Shown: piece by piece, positions 45,180 to 54,600 of the stretch
How the letters are laid out: every line of letters starts with the position of its first letter
How positions within the stretch are numbered: position 1 is the stretch's first letter
Assembly (NCBI GenBank): GCA_025055595.1
Contig: JANWWU010000066.1
Span: 11,147-75,146 of the forward strand
DNA: 64,000 nucleotides
From: Planctomycetota bacterium
GTDB taxonomy: Bacteria; Planctomycetota; UBA11346
Direction of reading: 5' to 3'
Position numbers and translations under genes: made by a program
Notes under the pieces: generated by a model
The model's input: the letters and a program-made list of their open reading frames with translations, nothing else
Told to the model about the DNA's origin: nothing
Database searches by the model: none

Positions 45180-46131
45180 TCAGCGCCATCGCCGTGCCGT
45201 AGGCCGGACCCGGCCCCTCCAGGCCCGGCCAGCTGCCATCGGGCTGCTGGCGAGCGAGGATCGCCGGCGCCGCCAGCGCCCAGTAGCGCTCCCAGTCCTC
45301 GCGGTCCGGGCTGTGGAACATCGCCTGCGCCGCGTAGTACTGCCCGTACCAGAAGTAGTGGCCGCCCTGCAGATGGCCGGCGAGGTGGCGGCGCAGGAAG
45401 CGCAGCGCCGGACCGAGGTGCGGGTCGCCGGCGATCGGCACTCCGGCGCCGATCAGGGTCATCGCGCCGGCGGCGGCGCGCGGCACGCCCTCCGGGCCCT
45501 CGGTGCCCCAGCCGCCGCCGGCCGCGGTGTAGGTGAAGCTGCCGGTCCCGGTCGCGCAGCGCCGCACATAGGCGATCGCGCGCGCCGTCGCCTCGACGCT
45601 GGCCTGGCCGCCGATGCCGACGTTCCACGCCGCGCGCAGCGCCATCACCTGGCAGATCGTGACGCTGACATCGGCATCGATCGGCAGCGGCTGGTAGCGC
45701 CAGCCGCCCTCCTGGTTCTGGCTGCGGTGGATGAGGTCGACCGCGGCTTCGAGCGCGGCGCGGATTGGCTCGGCCGGCGCCATTCCATAGCACTCGGCGA
45801 GGAACAGCGTCGCGAAGCCGTGCGCGTACATGTTGCCGTAACCGCCGCCGAGGTAGCCGCGAGCGCGGTCCTGGCTCTGCAGGACGTAGCGCAGGGCGCG
45901 CCGGCACTGCTCGGCGTACTGGCCGCGCGTCGGCGTGTGGCCGCCGGCGAGGAAGGCCATGCCGGCGAGGGCGGTGATCCCCGGGCCCTCGCCGATCGCG
46001 CCATCGGGCTGCTGCAGGCGCGCCAGCGCCGCCAGGCCTCGGTCGATCGCCTGCTGCCAGCCCGCCGGCTCGCCGGCGTGGACGGCGGCGAGCAGGGCCG
46101 CGAGCGCGCTGCAGCGAGCGAGCAGACGCAT
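45133..46131 (-). CDS. Exported prenyltransferase/squalene oxidase repeat (alpha-alpha toroid) protein
   Basis: Signal peptide; QQPDG, GITALAGMAFLA, MYAHGFATL.LAE, QN.EGGWRY, YGQYYAAQA, QQPDGSW repeats. Confidence 0.85.
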   Translation of the reverse strand: MRLLARCSALAALLAAVHAGEPAGWQQAIDRGLAALARLQQPDGAIGEGPGITALAGMAFLAGGHTPTRGQYAEQCRRALRYVLQSQDRARGYLGGGYGNMYAHGFATLFLAECYGMAPAEPIRAALEAAVDLIHRSQNQEGGWRYQPLPIDADVSVTICQVMALRAAWNVGIGGQASVEATARAIAYVRRCATGTGSFTYTAAGGGWGTEGPEGVPRAAAGAMTLIGAGVPIAGDPHLGPALRFLRRHLAGHLQGGHYFWYGQYYAAQAMFHSPDREDWERYWALAAPAILARQQPDGSWPGLEGPGPAYGTAMALIILQIPLQYLPIVQR

Positions 46132-46137
46132 GCGCGC

Positions 46138-46143
46138 AGCCTA
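46138..46143 (-). promoter_or_regulatory. -10-like hexamer TAGGCT, 6 nt upstream of ATG 46131
   Basis: TAGGCT-gcgcgc-ATG. Confidence 0.6.
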
Positions 46144-46194
46144 CGACGAGGCCGCCTGCAGCCAGCGCGGCGATTGCTGGCCCAGGCAGCAGCG

Positions 46195-46200
46195 TAGGGT
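46195..46200 (+). promoter_or_regulatory. -10-like hexamer TAGGGT, 6 nt upstream of ATG 46207
   Basis: TAGGGT-tcgtgc-ATG. Confidence 0.6.
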
Positions 46201-46206
46201 TCGTGC

Positions 46207-49200
46207 ATGGGCTTCACTGGCCAGCTCGGGTCCGTCAATCTCGCGGACATCTTCCAGACCCTGCAGGTCAACCGCCAGACCGGGACGATGACCGTCAGCA
46301 GCCCGAGCCAGGAGACGGTGCGGCTATGGTTCGCCGAGGGGATGATCGTGCTCTGCTCGGCGCCGACCGTCGAGGGCCGGCCCTTCCTGCTCCATATCCT
46401 GCTGCGCCGCGGGCTGGCGCCGGCCGAGGCGCTCGACGAGGCGCTGCGCCGCCAGCGGCAGACCGGGCAGGCGCTGCGCGATGTCCTGCTCAACACCGGC
46501 CTGATCGCCGAACCGGCGCTCGACGAGCTGGCGGTGTGGTGCGTCGAGGAGATCGTCTGCCCGATCTTCGAGTGGCAGGCCGGGCAGTTCAGCTTCGCCG
46601 AGGGCGACCCGCCGCCCGAGCTCAGCGGTCCGGAGGCGATCGCGATCCCCGCCGGCCTGCCGACGACCTCGCTGGTCATGGAGGCGACGCGGCGCCTGGA
46701 CGAGTGGCAGCGCATCCGCGCCGTGATCCCCGACGCCAACGCGCTGTACATCGTCGACAACGAGGGCCGCCAGAACCTGCGCAACGTGCAGACCGACCCC
46801 GAGCTGCTCAAGGTCCTGCGCTACCTCGACGGCCGGCACCTGCTCGACGGCATCGCCCAGGCGACCGGCTTGTCGCGCTTCGATGTCCACGCGATCGCCG
46901 CCCAGCTCGTCATCGCCGGCGTCGCGCGCGCGCGCAGCCTCGCCGAGATCGTCGACGACGCCCTGCAGCTCAAGCAGCGCGGCGAGCTGCCGGCGGCGCA
47001 GGCCCTGCTCGAGATCGCGCTGCGCGCCGCGCCGACCGCCGATGTGCAACGGCCGCTGGCCGAGATCTACGAGAAGCTCGGGCAGATCCCGCGCGCCGTC
47101 GAGCTGTACCTCGCGCTGCTGCAGCAGGCCCAGGACGCCGGCGACCTCGCGCAGGCCCGCGACTACCTCGACCTCCTCGTCCGGCTCTCGCCCGACGACC
47201 CCGACCTGCACTTCGAGCGCGCGCAGATCCTCGCCGAGCTCGGCAACCCCGAGCTCGCGACCCAGGGCTTCTGCACCGCGGCCCAGGGCTTCCTCGCGCT
47301 CAAGGCGGTCGCCAAGGCGATCGATGCCTGCCATCGCGCGAAGAACCTGCTGCCGCGCCAGCCCGATCCGCACCGCTACCTGGCGCGCGCCTACCTGCTC
47401 GATGGCAACACCGAGACCGCGGTCGTCGAGTACAAGGCGCTGTGGCACGCGCTGCTGACCGAGCAGTCGCCGCGCAAGGCGCTCGAGGCGCTGACGCGGA
47501 TCCTCGATAGCGACTGCAAGTACGCCGCGGTCAAGGAGCAGGTGCTGGCCTACGCACGCAACTCCGAGGCGGTGCGCACCAGCCGCGCGATCCGCCTGCT
47601 CGTCTACGCCGCGATCGGCGTCGTCCTCGGCTGCGGCCTGGTCGCCGGCTGGTGGTTCTACGAGCGCCACCTGCTGCGCGAGGAAGGCCTGCGCCGCCTG
47701 ACCGAGCTCGAGGCGGCGCTGCCGCACCAGCTGCAGGAGCTGCGGCACATCGCGCTGCGCCAGCAGCTGGCCGAGATCCGCGGGCACTACGGGGTGCGGG
47801 TGCCGGAGGTCGAGCTGCGCGCCAGCGCCCTCGAAGCCCAGGTGGCCGAAGACTTCGAACTGCGCGCCAGCGAAGAGCTCAAGCGCTGCGAGGCCCTGCG
47901 CGCCGCCGGCAAGTACCAGGAGGCGCTGCGCGCGCTCGACGACCTGGAGCGGACCTTCACCGCGACCCGCGCCGCCGCCGCCGTCCCGGAGGCGCGCACC
48001 CGCGTGCGCGCGGAAGAGATCGCGACCCAGGTCTACGCGCGCGTCGAGAGCGCCAAGCAGCGCTGGACCGCGCTCGACTGGGACGGGGCCCTCGCCGAGC
48101 TGACGCCGGTCCTCGCGCGCAGCGACCTGCCGGCGGCCCTGCGTCAGGAGCTGACCGAACTCCAGGTCGAGTGGCAGGCGGCGCTGCGCAGCGCGCGCCG
48201 GCTCTCCGAGCGCGCCGCCGCGATCCAGGCCCAGGGCGACCGCCGGACCGCGCTCGAGGCCTGGCGGCGCGCCGCCGATCCCGCCGCCGAGGGCGAGAGC
48301 GACCGCGCCGCCGCGCTCAGCCGGCTGACCGTGCTCGAACGCGACATCGCCGAGGGCCGGGCGCGCCAGGCCCAGGGCGCGGCGGCGCGCGGCGACCCCG
48401 TCGCCTGCTTCGCCGCGATCGACGAGCTGCAGGCGCTCGCCGGCCAGGCCCGCGGTCCGGGGCCCGGCGAGGTCCTGCAGGCGCTGACCCTGCCCTTCAC
48501 CGTGTTCCTCGACAGCCACCACACGACGCTGCAGATCGCGCGCCGCGATGGCGCCGCCGAGCAGCTGCGCGCGCCCCCCGGCCATCAGGGCCCCTGGCGC
48601 CAGGTGCTCGCCTGGCGGCTGAGCGAGCGTTGGACGCTGACCGCGGCGCGGCGCGGCTTCCTGTCGCAGTCGCTGTCGGTGTCGGCGGAGGCGCGGCGCG
48701 TCTCCGCCGACTTCACGCTGGTGCGCGGTCCGAAGTGGCGCTGCGAGCTCAGCGCGCGGCCGGTGTCGGCGCCGCGGCTGGTGCCGGGGGCGGTGCTCGT
48801 CGGCACCAACCGCACGACGCTGGAGTTCGTCGATCCCGCCCAGGGCACCCTGCGCACGCTGTCGTTCGGCGACGCCGTCGCCGAGCTGATCGACAGCCTC
48901 GCGATCCTCGGCCAGCACGGCTTCCTCGTCGTCGAGCAGCGCGTGCACGCCGTCGACCTCGCGGTGCGCGCCCGGGCCTGGGCCTGGCCGCCGCCGCACG
49001 AGAGCGGCCCGCGCCTGCTCGGCCGCCTGGCGGCCCTCGAGCATCCGCTGATCCCCAGCGTGCGCCTGGTGCTGGCGCCGGCTCCCGGCGAGCTGCTCGT
49101 CCTCGCGGTCGACGGCGAGCGCGTCGTCCGCTATCCCGGCCTGCGCTTGAGCGGCGAAGTCAGCGCCGCGCCGCTGGTCGATGCCCGCGACCCGCTGCGC

Positions 49201-49803
49201 CCCCTGGTCTGGCTGCCGCTCGGCGCGGCGCTGCTCGTCATCGACTGCAGCACGGTGACCGAACGGAACCCGCCGCGGCTGCTCGCCTCGCTGACCCTGA
49301 GCGGCGAGCTGCTGACCTCCCCGGTGCCGGCGCTCGTCGAGCAGGTCCCGGCGATCCTCGTTGCCGACAGCCGCGGCGTCGTCTCGGCGATCGATGCCCG
49401 GCCGGCGGCCGGCGGCCTGCTGCGCACGCTCGGCTCATGGACCCTGGAGAGCGCGCCGACCAGCGAGCCGATCCTCGCCGGCGACCGCACGGTGGCGGTG
49501 CTCGCCCTGCCCGAGGGGCGCCTCGCCTGCCTCGACCTCGCCCGCCCCGGCAGCCTGCGCTGGCGGGCCCCGGCGCGCCCGCTGAGCGCCGGCATCGTCG
49601 GCGCGCCGGCGATCGGCCAGCTCGGCGCCTATGCCGTCGACAGCGCTGGGATGCTGCACGCCTTCGCGCTCGTCGACGGCGCGCTGCGCTGGTCGGCGGA
49701 CCTCGGCGGCACCCCGGTCGGCGGGGTGCTGGCCAGCGACGGCGCCCTCTACATCCCGACCCGCGCCGGCCAGCTCGTCTGCTTCGAGGAAGGCGACGAG
49801 TGA
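46207..49803 (+). CDS. Bitopic membrane protein: DUF4388 (PATAN-like) + TPRs + TM + helical region + PQQ/BamB-like beta-propeller
   Basis: GFTGQLGSVNLADIFQ.L...TG...W..G.F.F (DUF4388); TPR helices; TM LLVYAAIGVVLGCGLVAGWWFY; propeller blades (G.LRW, GRLACLD, LYIPT..GQLVC). Confidence 0.8.
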   Translation: MGFTGQLGSVNLADIFQTLQVNRQTGTMTVSSPSQETVRLWFAEGMIVLCSAPTVEGRPFLLHILLRRGLAPAEALDEALRRQRQTGQALRDVLLNTGLIAEPALDELAVWCVEEIVCPIFEWQAGQFSFAEGDPPPELSGPEAIAIPAGLPTTSLVMEATRRLDEWQRIRAVIPDANALYIVDNEGRQNLRNVQTDPELLKVLRYLDGRHLLDGIAQATGLSRFDVHAIAAQLVIAGVARARSLAEIVDDALQLKQRGELPAAQALLEIALRAAPTADVQRPLAEIYEKLGQIPRAVELYLALLQQAQDAGDLAQARDYLDLLVRLSPDDPDLHFERAQILAELGNPELATQGFCTAAQGFLALKAVAKAIDACHRAKNLLPRQPDPHRYLARAYLLDGNTETAVVEYKALWHALLTEQSPRKALEALTRILDSDCKYAAVKEQVLAYARNSEAVRTSRAIRLLVYAAIGVVLGCGLVAGWWFYERHLLREEGLRRLTELEAALPHQLQELRHIALRQQLAEIRGHYGVRVPEVELRASALEAQVAEDFELRASEELKRCEALRAAGKYQEALRALDDLERTFTATRAAAAVPEARTRVRAEEIATQVYARVESAKQRWTALDWDGALAELTPVLARSDLPAALRQELTELQVEWQAALRSARRLSERAAAIQAQGDRRTALEAWRRAADPAAEGESDRAAALSRLTVLERDIAEGRARQAQGAAARGDPVACFAAIDELQALAGQARGPGPGEVLQALTLPFTVFLDSHHTTLQIARRDGAAEQLRAPPGHQGPWRQVLAWRLSERWTLTAARRGFLSQSLSVSAEARRVSADFTLVRGPKWRCELSARPVSAPRLVPGAVLVGTNRTTLEFVDPAQGTLRTLSFGDAVAELIDSLAILGQHGFLVVEQRVHAVDLAVRARAWAWPPPHESGPRLLGRLAALEHPLIPSVRLVLAPAPGELLVLAVDGERVVRYPGLRLSGEVSAAPLVDARDPLRPLVWLPLGAALLVIDCSTVTERNPPRLLASLTLSGELLTSPVPALVEQVPAILVADSRGVVSAIDARPAAGGLLRTLGSWTLESAPTSEPILAGDRTVAVLALPEGRLACLDLARPGSLRWRAPARPLSAGIVGAPAIGQLGAYAVDSAGMLHAFALVDGALRWSADLGGTPVGGVLASDGALYIPTRAGQLVCFEEGDE

Positions 49804-49847
49804 ACGGCAACGGCGGCGGCCGCGGCGCGTATGATCTTCGGGGACCC

Positions 49848-50453
49848 ATGCCGCAGCGCGCCTTCACCCTCGTCGAGCTGCTCGCGGTCATCGGCATCAT
49901 CGTCATCCTGATGGGCCTGGCGCTCGGCGGCGTGTCGCTGGCGCGCCGCAGCGCGCAGCGCGCGCGCACGGTCGGCGCGATCGCCGCCGTCGCCGCCGCC
50001 ATCGACCAGTACCGCAACCTCAACAACTGCTGGCCGGAGCACTTCACCGTCAGCGATGCCGTCGCCAACCATCCCCAGGCGCCGGAGGAGCTGCGCGCGC
50101 GCCGCTACGACCAGGTCTATCAGCGGGTCTTCGCGCCCGGCGGGCAGCTGCGGCCGGCCAGCGAGATCCCGCCCGAAGACTGGCGGGCGGTCAATGCCGC
50201 CCTCGCCTGGCAGCTCGCCGACCTGGCGCGCGAGCACCAGCGGCGCGGCCTCTTCCTCGACGCCTGGGAGGAGCCGCTGCGCTACCGCCCGGCGCGCTGG
50301 TACCCCTGGCAGAGCGGGGCGCGCGCGCGCATCGACAGCGACCAGCCGCCGCAGCCCGACAGCTACCAGCTGTGGTCGGCCGGTCCCGACCGCCGCGACG
50401 CCGAGGACCCCGGCGAGGGCGGCGACGACATCCCGAACTGGAACAGGCGCTGA
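49848..50453 (+). CDS. Type IV prepilin-type protein, GspG-like major pseudopilin
   Basis: QRA|FTLVELLAVIGII class III signal; DAWEEPLRY, YQLWSAGPD and DDIPNW match the GspG C-terminal pattern. Confidence 0.85.
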   Translation: MPQRAFTLVELLAVIGIIVILMGLALGGVSLARRSAQRARTVGAIAAVAAAIDQYRNLNNCWPEHFTVSDAVANHPQAPEELRARRYDQVYQRVFAPGGQLRPASEIPPEDWRAVNAALAWQLADLAREHQRRGLFLDAWEEPLRYRPARWYPWQSGARARIDSDQPPQPDSYQLWSAGPDRRDAEDPGEGGDDIPNWNRR

Positions 50454-50460
50454 TGCCGGC

Positions 50461-51678
50461 ATGCGCCGCGGCTTCACCCTCACCGAACTGCTGGTCGTCA
50501 TCGGCATCGCCCTGCTGCTGATGGGCCTCTCGGTCGCCAGCGTGGTCCGCGGACCCTCGCTCCACCGGATGCTCGCCGCCGAGCAGCTGCTCGCCGACTG
50601 CATCCGCCAGGCCCGCCACCAGGCGCGCAGCAGCGGGCAGCCGGTGCTGCTCGTGCTCAGCCCCGAGGACGGCGCGATCAGCGGCCTGATCCGCCGGCTG
50701 CTGTGGACCCGCGAGGAGGGCTGGCCGCCGGCCCACGACGCCTTCTGGCCGGGACGCAGCGGCAGCGGCCTGCTGTTGCCCGACGCCTTCGCCGAGGATC
50801 CGGCGGCCGCAGCCAGCAGCGATGGCCTGCTCGAGGGTCCCGACCGCCTGGCGCGCGGGCTGCCGCCCGAGGCCCAGCGCGAGCTGCCGCGCCTGCTGCT
50901 GAGCGTCGCCGTGCGCCCGCCGCGCGCCGACCGCGGCCCTCTCGCGCTGCCGCTGGTCCTGGTCGGCGAGGAGAGCGAATACGGCGAGGAAAGCAGCGAC
51001 CTCGCGCGCAGCCAGCTCGGGCTGCTGCTGCTGCGCAGCGACGCCGACGCGCAGAGCGGCGCCGCGCCGCGCACCGTGCTGCCGGCCTGGGAGGTCCTCG
51101 GCTGGATCGTCGACGGCAGCGGCGAGCGGCACGAGATCTCCTCGCTCGCTCACGCCACCGAAAGCCGCGGGCGGACGCTGACCCTGGTGCACAGCGACGG
51201 CACCGCGGGCGCGATCAGCGGCTACGACCACGACGGGGCGATCGCCGGCGAGCGCTGGCTCGAGCTCGGCCTGCTCGTCGAGCCCGGGCGCCTGACGCTG
51301 TACCGCGATGGCCGGGAGATCGCGCAGCGCGCGCTGAGCGTAACCAGCCTGCGCTCGGCGCCCGGCGCGCGCGAACGCGTCGTCGTCGGCCGCATCCGCA
51401 TCCCGGGCTGGGATGCGGCGCGCTTCGCCCCGCCGGCCGGCGTCGTCTGGCTGATCGACAGCGTGCGCCTCGAGCGCCTCGGCACGGCGCCGGCGGCGCT
51501 GCTGCCTGCGGGCGTGCAGGTCGCCGCGCCGGCGCGCATCCGCTGCCATCCCGATGGCCGCGTCGAGTGCGAGGGCGAGCTCGCGCTGCGCAGCGACAGC
51601 GGGGAGAGCGCGATCGTCACGGTCTCGGGCAGCGGGCTGGTGACGAGCGCCACCCGCCTGCGTGCGGAGGACCGATGA
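50461..51678 (+). CDS. GspH/FimT-like minor (pseudo)pilin with inserted LamG-like domain
   Basis: RRG|FTLTELLVVIGI; IRQAR..ARS; RWLELGL...LTLYRDG...VVGR...IDSVRL (LamG-like); IRCHPDGR. Confidence 0.75.
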   Translation: MRRGFTLTELLVVIGIALLLMGLSVASVVRGPSLHRMLAAEQLLADCIRQARHQARSSGQPVLLVLSPEDGAISGLIRRLLWTREEGWPPAHDAFWPGRSGSGLLLPDAFAEDPAAAASSDGLLEGPDRLARGLPPEAQRELPRLLLSVAVRPPRADRGPLALPLVLVGEESEYGEESSDLARSQLGLLLLRSDADAQSGAAPRTVLPAWEVLGWIVDGSGERHEISSLAHATESRGRTLTLVHSDGTAGAISGYDHDGAIAGERWLELGLLVEPGRLTLYRDGREIAQRALSVTSLRSAPGARERVVVGRIRIPGWDAARFAPPAGVVWLIDSVRLERLGTAPAALLPAGVQVAAPARIRCHPDGRVECEGELALRSDSGESAIVTVSGSGLVTSATRLRAEDR

Positions 51679-54600
51679 GGCGCGGCGCCGCCCTCGTCCT
51701 CGCCCTGGCGATCCTCGCCAGCCTGCTGTTCCTCGCCCTGCCCTTCGTCTTCAGCCAGACGGCGAGCGTCGGCGGGGCGCGCAGCGCGGCCTGGGACCAC
51801 GAGGCGCGGCGCATCCTCGCGGCGAGCGAGCACGAGGCGGTGGCGGCGAGCATCAGCGCGCTCGCCGCCCTCGCCGCGGGCGAAGCGACGAACTCCCTGC
51901 CGCACGACCTCGCGGAGCGCGCCGGCTACAGCGTCGTCGTCGAGCACCCGGGGCGCGCCGTCCTCAGCAACCTGCCGGCCTCGGGGTCGACGCAGCGCGG
52001 GCTCGCGATCGAGGACGAATACGGCAAGCTCGATGTCAACAGCCTCGGCCCCGAGGCCTGGGGGCGCCTGTTGGCGGACCTCGACATCCCCGATCCGACG
52101 ACTTGGCGCTGGGTGTGGAGCGGGGGCCAGCCCAACGCGCAGCCGGCGCTGCTGCAGCACGGCAGCTGGCAGCCGCTGCCCTACGGCCGGCTGGCGATCG
52201 CCCTCGCCCGCCACCGCCTGCGCCTGCCCAGCGGCCGCTACCACGACCTCGCCGAACTGCTCGCCGCCGACCCCCGCCGCGCGCAGCCGGCGCAGGCGCC
52301 CTTCGGCGCCGTCGAATACGGCTCTGGCGCGCGCGACCAGGAGAGCTTCGAGCCGCTGATCAGCCGCCTGATCCCCGACTGGGAGCAGCAGCTCTTCGGC
52401 GCCGGCGGCCTGCTCGACCGCCAGGGACCCTACCGCGCTCACCCGCTGACCCGCGTCGAGTGGGAGCGCCTGCTGCCGCACCTGACCGTGCACGCCCTCG
52501 GCCAGGGGCGGGCGGGCTGCGCCGACCTCGGCACGGTCATCGCGCTGAGCCAGGTGCCGAACCACAACGACCACAGCATGATCAGCGATCTCGTCGCCGC
52601 TCCCGCGGCCCTCAACCGTCTGGTCCCCGCCTTCGCCTGGCTGGTCGGCGCGCGCCGCGACGGCCGCCTGTACCGCGGCCGCCGCCACCTCGATGGGCTG
52701 ACGGTCGAGTCTGTCGCCTCCCCGCTCGCCGATCCCGGGCTGCCGCTGGCCGTCGAGCTGCCGGCCTGGGTCAACGCCAACACGATGACCGAGCCCGTCG
52801 CGGCAGCGCTCAACGCCCAGCTGCCAAAGCAGCCGCTGGCGGCGCTCGCCGCCCTGCCGCCCGACAGCTGGTGGCCCTTCGCGCTTGCGAACACCGGCCA
52901 GCCCTCGACCTGGCGGCCGCCGCTCGCCGTCCTCAGCCTCGGCGCGATCCGCATCGAGGCGGCGACGACGGTGATGGCGGCGGGGCAGATCACCGCCCAG
53001 CGCCAGCGCCGCAGCGTGTGGCAGGCCCTGCCGGCGAGCGTCGAACGGCGCTGGCGCAGCCAGGCCGAGCTCGAGGCGCTGTGCCGCCTCGGCCTGCCCT
53101 CGGGCAGCGTCAGCGGCCCCCAGCCGCTGCTGCGGCGCAGCGTGCCCGGCGAGCTGCTGGCGGGCGACGGTTGGCTGGAGCCCGCGCCGCTCGCGTCCTT
53201 CGCCGACAACCCCGCGCTGTCGCTGCCGCAGCGCGCCAACCTGCCCGCCGACGAGGGGCTGGTGCCGGCCGGCTACCAGCGCGCCTTCTCCGCGCCGCTG
53301 GCCAGCCTCTGCCTGCTGCGCAGCGGCAGCGACGAGTTCGCCCCCCAACAGCTGAGCCTCCGCTTCGCCCTCGACGGCGAGGCCAGCGCCGCCGCCGTCC
53401 TGTTCGCGGCGCGAACCGGCGACGGCAGCGCGCCGCGCGGCCGCTGGCGGCTGCGTTGGGAAGGCGCGGGCGCCGAGGCGGAGCGCTGGCAGGGGCAGCT
53501 GGTCCTCGAGGTCGCTGGCCTCGCCCTGCCCTGGGAGCGGGACCACCCCTGGACGATGGCTGCCGACGACCCGCGCACCGCCGACATCGACGAGCGCTGC
53601 CTGCCCGGCCCGCTCTCCCTCGCCCCGCGCCGCCCCGGGCCGCCGCACGAGGAGTTCCGCTACCGGGCGGAGCTCGCCCGCGGCACGATCCACCACCTGC
53701 AGCTGTGGTACGCCGGGCCGCAGCCCGGGCAGTATGGGCTGGCGGTCGACGGCATCGTCGGCCGCGACGCGATCAGCGGCCGGGACTTCGCGCGTTTCGG
53801 CGATCACTATCCCTTCCCCGCCTTGCGCCTGGCCGAGGACATCCCGGCCAGCGACCCCCTCCGCGAAGGCGGGGCCGCGCTGAGCCGGCCCGAGCGCATC
53901 CGTCTGCTCGCCCCGCCGGGCCTGCGCCTCGCCGAGCTGCTGCCGGCGCGCGGCCTGATCCGCATCGACGACGAGTACTTCAGCTACGAGGGCATCGACG
54001 GCGACGCGCTGCGCGGCGTCCGCCGCGGGCGGCGCCAGAACTGCAACCCGACCGCGGTGATCCGCACCCTGGTCCGCCCCGGCCCGCCGGCGGAGTACCG
54101 CGACGATCCCGACCACGCCAAGCGCTGGCCGGCGACCCAGGCCCACCGCGCCGGCGCCCTGGTGCTGCCCGGCGACTGGCTGACGCGCATCGAGGCCGGC
54201 GTCGACGCCGACCGCCGCTGGCTGCGCGGCGCGACGACGCTCGCCGACCCCCTGCAGGCCGAGGCCGTGACCGAGGAGATCGACATCCGCTCCTGGCCGG
54301 TGGTCAATGGCCAGCGCCTCTATCCGAGCGAGATCCCGGTCCGCGGCCCCTGGCCGGAGCGCGGCATCCTGCGCTTCGAGGTCAATGTCAGCGAGAACAA
54401 GGCGGCCTTCGTCCGCGAGGGCGAGCGCCTGCGCCTCGACTGGCGGCCGCCGATCGCCTCGGGAACGCCCGAGGGCGCGGCTCCCCTGATGCCGCCGGCC
54501 TTCACGAGCCGCGCCAGCGTCACCATCCGCCTGATCAGCCTGCGCGTCGCCGACGACGCCGACCTGACGCACACGCCGACCACCGAGCGCCTGCGCTTCG

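Noticed and set aside
45133..46131. Squalene-hopene cyclase / terpene cluster
   Set aside because: Only 332 aa with a signal peptide and no DXDD motif; fits the generic prenyltransferase-repeat family, with no terpene genes adjacent.
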